NCBI RefSeq assembly: GCF_964355755.1
Contig: NC_092678.1
Location: 7,332,422 to 7,396,421, forward strand
Origin: Antedon mediterranea
Taxonomy: Eukaryota; Animalia; Echinodermata
Direction of reading: 5' to 3'
Length of the DNA stretch: 64,000 bases
The notes under the pieces were generated by a model, which worked only from the letters and a program-made list of their open reading frames with translations, had not been told where the DNA came from and ran no database searches. Position 1 is the stretch's first letter, and the number at the start of each line of letters is the position of its first letter. The position numbers and the translations under genes are program-made. Below, in pieces: positions 1 to 12,900 of this stretch.

Positions 1-928
1 TAGTATAATCATGCAAGTACGAGGAAATAAATACTGGCAAATAAATTTTAATTAAAAAATCATGATAAGTTTTTTTTTGTTTCGTTTTCTTTCTGTTTTT
101 ATACTTGTACTATTATTGTTGATCTTTTGGCGCTCCATAGAAACAAAAACATTGAGCATGGGGAGCTCGAGGAGTTACATTACAGGATACAAAGTCTCAA
201 AGAAACACATCTGTAAAATCATAAATTTAAAGGATTTATTTATTTGTTATTATGTGTTTCTCCTTCTGAAAGTACTTATAAGTCCTAATTTTTAAAGTGT
301 GGTGTTCAGGATAAAGTTAGTCAACAAATTTGGAGTCAAAATACAAGAAAGGCAGGTGCGTAAGAAAAACATCCTCTGAACCAACACAGTGGAGTAAATA
401 TATACAAACAAACACCCCGTCAAGTTTGTTTGTTGTAAAGAAAAAATATACATTTACTCAACGGGCGAAAATAATGTGAGTTTATCTATGTTTTGCGGTG
501 GTATTAAATTATATTTATGGTAATAAATGAAACCTACTGTGTTTAAAATTATGTATGGATAAACAAGTATTGTTTTTAAGCTGTAGTATATCTTAGAATT
601 TGTAATCTTAGGTCTTGGGTCTTAGCTTTCGTGATCTTAGGTTTAGGGGGTCTTAGCTTTCGTGGTCTTAGGTTTCGTGACACCCCTGCTGACTCTTCTT
701 ATGGCAGCCCCTACATCTAGAATCTGCCTCAGACGTATTGACCTATGCCATTCCTCAGGTCAAAGAGAGCACTGGACGAGGTGCCCTCAATAATAGGAAC
801 AACAATGTGCTTTCAAAAGTCCTGGCTTACATCCATCAATCAAATGAATTTAAGATTGACATAAGAAGGGTTTGTGAAGTATCTTAAAGCTTATACTTGT
901 TTATACTTTTAATGTTTTTTCTAATTAG

Positions 929-3900
929 GTCCTACAGCAGAAGTCAGTGAATCTACTGCACAAGGTATTATGGAAGTATATTTATTTCTTGTAGAAATTA
1001 AAACTGATTTCCCCCTAAAAAAAATGTTTTTGTTTAATATGCTATTTTAATGTCATATAATAGTTATCCACTTTGACCAAAAATTGAATTGAAAAAAAAT
1101 TATTTACCTGAAAAAACTGTAATTTAAAGCTAAAAAAGCCAATGGATTTTTGATTGAATTTAACCATTTATTTTTTCATTTTATAAGTGAAAATATATTT
1201 TTTCTAAGTGAATAACTTTGTTAAAATAAAAAAATGGCCTATTCAAAGTTTGAATTTAATAATCTTCATTGTTCATGTTTTTAGAGGACAATACAGTGAT
1301 ACAAATAATGAATTTTTATGAGTGTAATGGTACAAATAATGGCATGAGGTGAATGATGAAAGGTTATATTTCAACGAGGCAAAGCCGTGTTGATATTATA
1401 ACCTTTCATCATCACCAAATACCATTATTTGTACCATTACACGAATATAAACATTCATTATTTGTTTTATATAATATCTAAATAGATTTCTGTTTTGAAT
1501 TTGAATCAATTAAAAATTTGATTCACACACACACATTTATTAACAAAGTAACATTTGGTTTGTAATAATATTATATTAGATTCATATGGATTTTAAAAAC
1601 ATCCCTACTGTAGTGTTAATTATGTCAACAAACGACCAAACCATCCTAGGCCTAGCAAGCCTAAAACGCCTAAGTCTAGCCTTATACTAACATTCCTAGC
1701 CTAGGCCTAGCTAAATACGAAACGTTGACAGGCAACTGGAACTCAGTACATATAACTCTCCAAAAATTTACTTCCATCGCCAAAAATTCAATTGCGGCGA
1801 AAGTACAAAATGTGTGGTGCTGTTGTATTTCAAAAGCAATAGTATAAAAGAAATATTTTCCAAACACAAAAAGAGTACTATTAAACGATCGTGTAATAGT
1901 GCGTACTATTCACATCATGTGACCCACAATCGTCCAATCAAATGGCAGGAATTTATTTAGGTGTTATATAGTTAAAAATATTCATTACTTCATTAAATAT
2001 TATTCTTCAAACAGAGAAACATACAATAGTACTATTAAATATCCTTTCCCTGGCCCATATATTTAGGAACTCCCTTAGTACATATAATTATGAAGTATAT
2101 ACTGTACATAAAAATAAAAAATGACACTAAAATAATCTAATGGTTTTTTTTTCTAGTGGTTTTGGAAATTGCACTTGATAATAATCTAATATATTGCGTT
2201 TGACATCTTAAACTGATCAAATCTATCTGATTTTGTGGTAGGGACTTTAGGCCTAATCTGGGCACTCAAAGTGAGAATATTTTTGAAAAACTGACTGCAA
2301 AGATGTAAATATTAGGCCCATATTATGTTTAAAAACATATTATTCAGACCCTATTGCAAAAATTTATGAAAAGAAAAAATGTTATAAATACCCTTGCGAT
2401 TGGCACGGGAAACCTGTTGTTATTAAGCCGTTTGAACCACTGAGTGATAAACATTTTTGTTTTTTTCTTTTATATTACCCGTTTTTGGTAAAATGTTACA
2501 CATTGTTTATTGCAGTTTATCATAATCGGTCTACATTGAAACAAGTTAAAATAATACTCTTTTTTTCCAATTAAACAAAAATTAGTTACCACAGTATGTT
2601 GAATAAACAATTGAAATGCTTCCTTTGTATTTTGAAAAAGATATAAACAGTTTTTTAAAAACATTTTTCTCTTCCTAATAGGATCGACCTGTCCAGTTGG
2701 TCAGAATATAGAGTCAATAAACGGACAATTGGATTTAAATGCTACTGGTCCTCTCCTCACACTTCAGAATCCATCAAGTAGTTGGCCTACCGAATGCCAT
2801 GTCACATGGGACGAGTATTTTTTTTATTATTATTATTTTGATCCTTTTTATATTATCAGTTTTGTTTTTAGAGGTAAGTGTTGTCATCCTTTTTGTTTTC
2901 CCTGGTCCCTAAAGATATACACCTCCCCACGCCCAAATGAGCCTTGATAATAGGCCCACAGCCAACTCTCCCAATATCGGAGTTTCTGGAAACTCTCCCT
3001 ATACCAGACTTTTCTTGAATTCTAAATAGTCCCAAATTCATTTTTTACCATTCAAAATACATTCCAAATATCAGACTTTTCAGAAAAACAAAAAAAATCT
3101 GGCCAGCCCAAATGTCTCCGTTTATACAATATAATAATTATATAGGCCTAATAACTTAAAAAATAACAAAGACCAAAATATCAACATGCGCCCTCTGTGC
3201 CAATATTTTGCCAAGTACTTCACCAACTGAGTGCTGCCTTCATTTAATAGTTTAGATTTTTTAGAGGGTTAGATTAACTTTTATTTAGGAAATAGATGAT
3301 CTATCTTTAACATGAAAATAATTATTCTCATGCATTATTCATGATATAATAATTTCCACTTCTACTATTAAATATCATTTTCTTAATAATTATTATACAT
3401 AAATTTAACAAAAATCTGGATTTTGGATGTGTAACCCAAAAAAAAAAAAAGATTTATCTCCGTCACATTAAAAGAGGTAGCCTATTCTATAATTCTACTC
3501 CATTTCATTAACAATCAGAAATAATAATAATTAAAACAAATCGGGTAAAATGCTGAAAGTCAACTTAGAATTGAATTATTTTGCGTATAACGTCATTTTT
3601 TTTTATTTACACAGAACCTTCTACAACGGTAGATCCAGTCCGTGGAATACAATATACTACACAAGACTTGTCCACACCAGTCGGTTATCAAGATGGAATA
3701 ATAGCAAGTGATAAATAAATCATTTTGCTTGACAAATCCAAAAGAAATTACTCAAATTCTTTAGCTTTCGCCATCTTGGCTGATGGCTTGATCACAAGTG
3801 ATCCGGTCCACTACTACTACTTCTTTTGGATTTGTCAAGCAAAATGATTTATTTATTATCTACTATCCTACAAAATGCACTTATTCACAAATAGCAAGTG

Positions 3901-6900
3901 ATGTATTTCTCTTTTAATTATACTCAGCCCTGATTGGTTGATTTCTCATAATATAGAAGTGTTAGTGTTAGTTTGGTTCAAAGAAAGAAGTTACTTACTC
4001 AATTTCGGTAGAACTTTCCTTTGGGAAGAGGACGAGCCTATTAAGGAGGCAATTTCCAATGACATTAACAGGATAAAATATGTTTACACTACTATCACCT
4101 CATATTCAGGGGACACCTTATTAAAGGTTCTAGTGTAGTAAACCACTCTACTCATGGACATACAGTAAACATGTACACAGCGCTCTAAACGTAAAAAATA
4201 GTTTCTTTGTTTTAGATAAAGTCAGATCGAGGTTCAATCGTAATATCAAATATTTTTTCCGCTTATAATAAATTTGTATTTTATTTTTTTATTTTATGTC
4301 TTTAGGAAATGTGGCCAGATATTACCAATAGTGAATTAATCACTGTCCTATCATCTGCAGTGATTAAGTTCACTTTGGTTGACCCGGGTCTCCCCAATTT
4401 CAGTTTTTTTGTTGTTATGTATATACTGAAATAGACCGAATAAATAATGAAACTAGAAAGCCACTCCGAGAGTGCATACCTCCGCCTACTGTCAAATTCT
4501 CCTACATAAGATTTCTCCGGTAAAAAATATATATATATATATATATTTGTGTGTGTCTTAATGCTGTTTGTGATTTCGGCTAATTTCACTACAAACATGT
4601 GTATGCGAGTTTGGTGTAATGGTTATGTAACAAGCCTTTCAATTAACAATAGCTTCAGTTAACTAATAGAACAGCAACGCGAAAATCAAACGAGTGAATT
4701 TGAAAAAAAAATGGGTTTTTTAAACTACTCGCATCAAAAAACGTGCAAATTAAATCAAATTATGTTTTAAAATTACAAATCACAAATTATAACTATTGCC
4801 TCTTGTACAAAAATGAAATTTTTTGGACAAGAAGTTCTTGAGAAAATGCAATTTTAGTTTACTTGTTACTTTAAGACTGCTCGCCAGCTTTTGAAAAATT
4901 CTGTCCTATCTTTTAAAACTAGCAGGTCTGAAAAGTATACTAAAAAGTGGTCCAGAATTAGGACCATGGTCCCAAATGATCCCAAATTTTAATGGAATAG
5001 TCCTTGACCACATATCTATCTATATATTCATTCATTTTACATATACGTCTTTGGCGGAGGTAAATGAAATGAAATGAAATCCCCCTGATACAGGGGCTAT
5101 TTTGTGAACCAGTTCACCGGGGTATCCCCTTACTCTTCTCGAATAATGAACTGGGTTCTTTAAAGTGCACATAAGTTATAACTGTGTACACTGGACCTAC
5201 GGTTTATAGTCCTTATCCGAGAAGACTTGTTCCACCACCAGAACTAGGAGCAAGTCGGCCTCGAAAGGCCCTTGCCGATGTTGTTGGCTTTTTAGGTACG
5301 GTAAACGGCTCCCCTGCCTTAACCGCTCGGCCATTTGACTCAAATCAAAGGAAGATTATGTCACAGCCTAGAGTTAGATCTGTGTGAAATTTATGAATAA
5401 ATTACTAATTCTTTGTGTCCTCACTTTAGGTCGACAAACTTTTGAATGAAAGTACTATAATAGAACAAATGAAAGAGAGGGACTTCACATTTGATTACTT
5501 TGTTGAAGAAGAAAACTATGGTAAGAACAATTTTGTTTTGGTCCTAAAGGAGTTGTGCAATATTTACTAGAGGATGAAGTTGTCCGGGTGTAGCCTGCTG
5601 GGGGTAGTATCCAGGGTGTAGCTATCCCGGTTGTAGTTGTCCAGGGTGATGTTGTTAGGGTGTATCTCCTGTATTAGGTTGTAACTATCCAGGGTGTACC
5701 ATCCAGGGTGTAGATATCTTCAGGCCCGTAGCCAGAATGCATCAGAGGGGGGTTTTCTTGACACCAAGTATTTTGCGAGCGCAGCGAGCAACTGTAGGCT
5801 GGGGGCCAGGGGGCCGCCAAGGGCCCCCGGTCGGGGTCCAGGGGGCTTCGCCCCCTGGAAGCTTTGGCTCTCAGAGCAATTTCGGTTGTTTTAATAAGCT
5901 TACAGAGACATTTTTTACCTACTAAAATCTGGGTTATGCAGAGAAATTATATAGTATAGTATGGAAGTTAGTAGTACTGATCATGAATAACAGCTTTATT
6001 GTTGCAAAAAAGTATATTATATTAGGCCCTTAAGTAATTTCTTATCCTATAAACATAAAAAACAAATAGTACCGTATATTTCGGTGTACAAGTCGCACCT
6101 GTGTATAAGACGCACCCATAACGGAGACTGAAATATTAGTATTTTTTATGTAGTCGATGCATAAGACGCACTTATTTCTAGGCCGAAATTTAAACATTTT
6201 ACAATCAAAACAATGGTATTTTAATAATAAAACAACGATATTTGAGACATATTAGAATCAAATGATATAATTTTGTTTGATTGCCTTTATTACATCGTAA
6301 TCAGTCTCTACTTCAACTAGCTGAAAGTTCAATGAAAAGGGAAATCCCCATATTGTTTCAGTTACGATGCACTGTGTGGGTAGGGCTAGCCTATGTCTAT
6401 TTAAGTAACTTTAATTTCATATTATTTAAATATATACCTTCTTATTGTGTGTATGACCATTATAAAATCAATCCAAATGATGTTCAGTTTTTTGGGCTGA
6501 TAATGAACCAGGAATATCATGTTGGGTAGGCCTATATGAAAATCTTTCCTATTTCCATGCATGCATTACAGCAATATGAGGAGAGAGCACTAACCATGTG
6601 CTCCTTGCCTGGTGGCCAGCACTGTTGGCCATATACACTATAAGATTAGGGGAAGCTACGTAACACAATAACAACACACTCTTTTAGATATCGCTTGACA
6701 TACGAACTATTGACTACATGATTATAAAATTATGTGATTGTTGACATAGAGATGTAATAAAAATAAACCACCGTGATCAAGGGAAATAGTTATTGTGTAA
6801 ATAAAATGTAACACCACCGTAATTAACGGACTCTTCCATAAATGTGTTGCGCTGTGATGATGCTGCATGCTGCTAGAATACACACCCGCGAGTTCAGAGA

Positions 6901-9900
6901 GTATTACTAGGCCTGGGTAGAATATCTAATGCGTACTGTAATATTAATTAATACAGTCGAGGATGACAATTTACCTTAACTAAAAATTCAATAAACTTGT
7001 TACCACACTGTGGTTAGACAGGAGTGAGTAACTAGCTAGGCCTACATTGCAGAGTAGTAGGCCTACACTATTTTTAATTAATTTAAGTATTAGTAGGTAA
7101 TTAAATTAATTAGGGTTACATTTAGAGGTCAAATTTGCGTGTCAAAAGTGCGTCTTATACACCGAAATACAGGGCCGTAGCCAGGATCTGTCAAGGGGGG
7201 GTTCGGACACTAAATATTTGGGTCAACCCCCCCCCCCCCTCACCCAGCCTGATGCGAAGCGAATTTTGTTAAATGACACCCCTAAATGGCCGGAAAAGAC
7301 ACTCTCGTGCAGCATGCTATATAACCAATGAGCAAAAAGATCATACTTTTTTCCTCCTCCTCAAACACGTCGATAATTTAAATGACGATAACTATTTGTT
7401 GCCGTATGTTAGATGCGCGTGCTCTGTGCGGAACCGCCGATTGTTTGATCATTTACTCCGTATTTTGTTTTGCGTTCAAGTTCAATGCGAACGTATATCT
7501 AGGAGCAGCCCCGAAAAAAGCACAATGGGTGAAGGCAAATGCTATTTGCTAGCTCTATCTATAATATTTATTTACAGCAATTTGTTGAGGAATATAAATA
7601 TGTAAATAGGTGATATTAATACATTTTAGTACGTATCGGCTGGTGGTCTAGAAAAAAATAATCGGATGCCATAATGTGAACTACGTCAGTACTTGATACC
7701 ATAGATATTATAGTGTAAAATATTAATATTCACTATAATCCTCTGATACATTATACTTCATAGTCACACATAAATACTGATGTACGTCGGAAGGCTATAT
7801 ACTTTATGCATGCTGCCTGACTGCCAGTGATCTAAACAATTATAGGTACGCAGTTGTCTGGCGGTGTCCTTTGTACGAATCGTTCGTGCGCCAGCTCGCT
7901 ATGAGACGCGTCAATATCATGTTACATGCAGGGACCAAACATTTATTTTTCAGGTTAAAATCGGCAATTCATTTGCAGCTTTTAGAAATTTACAGACACC
8001 CTGATTTCGTTTCCGTCGGCACATCATCGCGGCCGTCGGCAAACAAAGGTGCCGGGGAAAAAAATTTACTATTTATTCTGACAATAATTGAACTGTATAT
8101 ATAATTCTTTTGAGTGTTTGTTTATTTACATATCATATCATCATTGATCCCTTCAGATCAACTATTTTTTATTTTCATTACATCTAACGAAACACGTTAA
8201 AAATGTGTAGCACGTACGTACGGCCGTACGCGGTAGATTGTTTACTCAAAAGTCTTTGACCTGCAGTGAGCCTCTCATGACCTGAGATTTGTATGTCTTC
8301 CTACGCTAAGAGATTATATAGTTCCACATGCCATGTGCTTTTTTGTCTAAGATATATTTATTATAAGTGCCAAAAACCCGGTTTTTTTCTCGATATGAGG
8401 CCTTTATTATTCAAAATTTTTAAAGAAAAAGGACATATACCATAAGAAATATCCATGTATTTTATTTTTGGAACAGAATATTCCGTGAGGCTCAACTACA
8501 AAACCACCATTTTGTGATATGACGTCATCGTAAGCCAATCAAAGCTGAGCTTTCTCGCGATTGGCATTGCTCACGGTTGAATGATTTAGGATTCTAGCTG
8601 ATTTGATTGGTGGATGCGAATCACCCGCAGCGGAATGTTTTCTCTCGCGCGTGTACCATGAATCTCTGATCGTTACTACACAAAGTTAGAGCAATGAATT
8701 CCGTTAAGTAAACAACTTTATATATTTTATAAGCATTTAATAACATGTTTTATTGATATTTCCAATGGTGATATATAAAATAAATTACTAAAAAACGTAA
8801 TTATATGTAACCAAAAATGTTTAACCAAAAATGGCGTAGTTATTAGAATTGTCGACTGAGGCCGCAAATTGTTTTACTTCTTTCGTGGCTAAAAACGATC
8901 ATTTTCGGTGATGTTTTAGACCCTATATTTCGAAAACTACAAGTCAGATTTTCCTAACTCTTTCTTAATATTGTAATATGAATACAACATACTAACAGAT
9001 AATGTTGGTTTGGTTTTAATTTTGCATCGTTATCCCATATAAGACAATATGACTATGTAATCCTAGAACATATATTGATCAGAGACGTCGTGTATGTACA
9101 GATAATGACACCAATGTTGTCGGCAAATTGGCAATTCCCGGCCCCCCCAACTTCAAAATCCTGGATACGCCACTGATCACTAGTTGACGCTCATACAGAG
9201 AAGAAGGTTCACGAACAAGTTTACGAATTTTTCAATTTACAAACAACTTTTTGTACTGTGGGGCACGTATTTGGAGGATTTTTGGAGATGAGGGTGAGGT
9301 ATTGGGCATGTCGGGGATGGGGGTTCGCAGTTGGTTAAGGGGGGTTCGCTGTAAAGGGGGGTTCGCCCGAACCATAAAAACCCCCCCTGGCTACGGGCCT
9401 GAAATATACGGTAGGCCTACGTACACGTACCAATTTAACTCAGCACCATTTTTATTCAAGTTTAAACAGTGAAATTCTTTGGTTTAATGAAAAATATTTT
9501 CAGGAAAAAAATAAAAATCCCCAAAAAGATTGAACTGAACTGAACGTGATCTTGTGCGTTCCGAAAAGCCCGGCCGAAGCACGCGATTGGTCAGTCCATT
9601 TTTCTGTCATATTTATAACCATCATCTCTCAACAATCTCTCGATCTCACGCTCAGCAGTGACTTTGACATCGGACAATCTGTATATTCGATCGATTTAAA
9701 CATAGTCAATAGAAGTAAAATGACCAAAAAATCTGCTATAATTGATAATTAATTGCACGATTTTGGAAGTGGGGCCTTTGTTTTTCAAGGGGGGTTCGCT
9801 GGTAAAAGGGGGGTTCGCGCAAAAGGGGGGGTTCGCCCGAACCCCAAAAAACCCCCCTGGCTACGGGCCTGTATCTTGGAGGTAGTTATCCAGGGTGTAG

Positions 9901-12900
9901 CTATCCAAGGTGTATAGCTATCCCGGTTGTAGTTGTCCAGGGTGATGTTGTTAGGGTGTAGGTTCTGTATTAGGTTGTAGCTATCCAGGGTGTAGCTATT
10001 CTGGAGGTAGTTATCCAGGGTGTAGCTATCCAGGGTGTAGCTATCCCGGTTGTAGTTGTTCGGGGTGATGTTGTTAGGGTGTAGCTATCAAAGATGTAGC
10101 ATCCAGAGTGTAGCTATCCTGGAAGTAGTTATCCATGGTTTAGCTATATCCAGGGTGTAGCTATCCCGGTTGTAGTTGTTCGGGGTGATGTTGTTAGGGT
10201 GTAGCTCCTGTATTATGGTGTAGCTATCAAAGATGTAGCATCCAGAGTGTAGCTATCCTGGAAGTAGTTATCCATGGTTTAGCTATCCAGGGTGTAGCTA
10301 TCCCGGTTGTAATTGTCCAGGGTGATGTTGTTAGGGTGTAGCTCCTGTATTATGGTGTAGCTATCCAGGGTTTAGCTATCCCGTTTGTAGTTGTCCATTG
10401 TGATGTTGTAGGGCGTAGCTCCTGTATTATGGTGTGGCTATCCTGGAGGTAGCTATATCCAGGGTGTAGCTATCCCAGTTGTTGTTGTCCAGGGTGATGT
10501 TGTTAGGATGTAGCTATCCAGGGTGTAGCTATCCAGGGTGTAGCTATCCCGGTTGTAGTTGTTCGGGGTGATGTTGTTAGGGTGTAGCTCCTGTATTATG
10601 GTGTAGCTATCAAAGATGTAGCATCCAGAGTGTAGCTATCCTGGAAGTAGTTATCCAGGGTGTAGCTATCCAGGGTGTAGCTATCCCGGTTGTAATTGTC
10701 CAGGGTGATGTTGTTAGGGGGTAGCTCCTGTATTATGGTGTAGCTATCCAGGGTGTAGCTATCCAGGGTTCAGCTTTCCCGTTTGCCGCGTCCCGTTTGT
10801 AGTTGTCCATGGTGATGTTGTAGGGCGTAGCTCCTGTATTATGGTGTGGCTATCCTGGAGGTACAGTAGCTATCCAGGGTGTAGCTATCCCGGTTGTAGT
10901 TGTCCAGGGTGATGTTGTTAGGATGTAGCTATCCAGGGTGTAGCATCCAGGGTGTAGCTATCCTGAAGGTAGTTATCCAGGGTGTAGCTATCCAGGTGTA
11001 GCTATCCCGGTTGTAGTTGTCCAGGGTGATGTTGTTAGGGTGTAGGTCCTGTATTAGGGTGTAGCTATCCAGGGTGTAGCATCCAGGGTGTAGCTATCCT
11101 GAAGGTAGTTATCCAGGGTGTAGCTATCCAGGTGTAGCTATCCCGGTTGTAGTTGTCCAGGGTGATGTTGTTAGGGTGTAGGTCCTGTATTAGGTTGTAG
11201 CTATCCAGAGTGTAGCTATTCTGGAGGTAGCTATCCAGGGTGTAGCTATCCCGGTTGTAGTTGTCCAGGGTGATGTTGTTAGGGTGTAGGTCCTGTATTA
11301 GGTTGTAGCTATCCAGAGTGTAGCTATCCTGGAGGTAGTTATCCAGGGTGTAGCTATCCCGGTTGTAGTTGTCCAGGGTGATGTTGTTAGGGTGTAGGTC
11401 CTGTATTAGGTTGTAGCTATCCAGAGTGTAGCTATTCTGGAGGTAGCTATCCAGGGTGTAGCTATCCAGGGTGTAGCTATCCCGGTTGTAGTTGTTCGGG
11501 GTGATGTTGTTAGGGTGTAGCTCCTGTATTATGGTGTAACTATCAAAGATGTAGCATCCAGAGTGTAGCTATCCTGGAAGTAGTTATCCATTGTTTAGTT
11601 ATCCAGGGTGTAGCTATCCAGGGTGTAGCTATCCCGGTTGTAGTTGTTCGGGGTGATGTTGTTAGGGTGTAGCTCCTGTATTATGGTGTAGCTATCAAAG
11701 ATGTAGCATCCAGAGTGTAGCTATCCTGGAAGTAGTTATCCATGGTTTAGCTATCCAGGGTGTAGCTATCCCGGTTGTAATTGTCCAGGGTGATGTTGTT
11801 AGGGTGTAGCTCCTGTATTATGGTGTAGCTATCCAGGGTTTAGCTATCCCGTTTGTAGTTGTCCATTGTGATGTTGTAGGGCGTAGCTCCTGTATTATGG
11901 TGTGGCTATCCTGGAGGTAGCTATATCCAGGGTGTAGCTATCCCAGTTGTTGTTGTCCAGGGTGATGTTGTTAGGGTGTAGCTATCCAGGGTGTAGCATC
12001 CAGGGTGTAGCTATCCTGGAGGTAGTTATCCAGGGTGTAGCTATCCCGGTTGTAATTGTCCAGGGTGCGATGTTGTTAGGGTGTAGGTCCTGTATTAGGC
12101 TGTAGCTATCCAGGGTGTAGCTATTCTGGAGGTAGTTATCCAGGGTGTAGCTATCCAGGGTGTAGCTATCCCGGTTGTAGTTGTCCAGGGTGTAGCTATC
12201 CCGGTTGTAGTTGTCCAGGGTGATGTTGTTAGGGTGTAGGTCCTGTATTAGGTTGTAGCTATCCAGGGTGTAGCTATTCTGGAGGTAGTTATCCAGGGTG
12301 TAGCTATCCCGGTTGTAGTTGTCCAGGGTGATGTTGTTAGGGTGTAGGTTCTGTATTAGGTTGTAACTATCCAGGGTGTACCATCCAGGGTGTAGCTATT
12401 CTGGAGGTAGTTATCCAGGGTGTAGCTATCCCGGTTGTAGTTGTCCAGGGTGATGTTGTTAGGGTGTATCTCCTGTATTAGGTTGTAACTATCCAGGGTG
12501 TACCATCCAGGGTGTAGATATCTTGGAGGTAGTTATCCAGGGTGTAGCTATCCAAGGTGTATAGCTATCCTGGTTGTAGTTGTCCAGGGTGATGTTGTTA
12601 GGGTGTAGCTATCCAGGGTGTAGCATCCAGGGTGTAGCTATCCTGGAGGTAGTTATCCAGGGTGTAGCTATCCAGGGTGTAGCTATCCCGGTTGTAGTTG
12701 TCCAGGGTGATGTTGTTAGGGTATAGGTCCTGTATTAGGTTGTAGCTATCCAGGGTGTAGCTATCCTGGAGGTAGTTATCCAGGGTGTAGCTATCCAGGG
12801 TGTAGCTATCCCGGTTGTAGTTGTTCGGTGTGATGTTGTTAGGGTGTAGTTCCTGTATTATGGTGTAGCTATCAAAGATGTAGCATCCAGAGTGTAGCTA

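Larger units (their letters stand above)
5721..9871. mobile_element. Non-autonomous DNA transposon, TIR CAGGCCCGTAGCCAG, 6-bp TSD TATCTT
   Basis: Perfect 15-bp TIRs at 5721-5735 and 9857-9871; TATCTT on both sides; the empty site GTAGATATCTTGGAGG is present in the satellite near 12513-12530. Confidence 0.9.
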
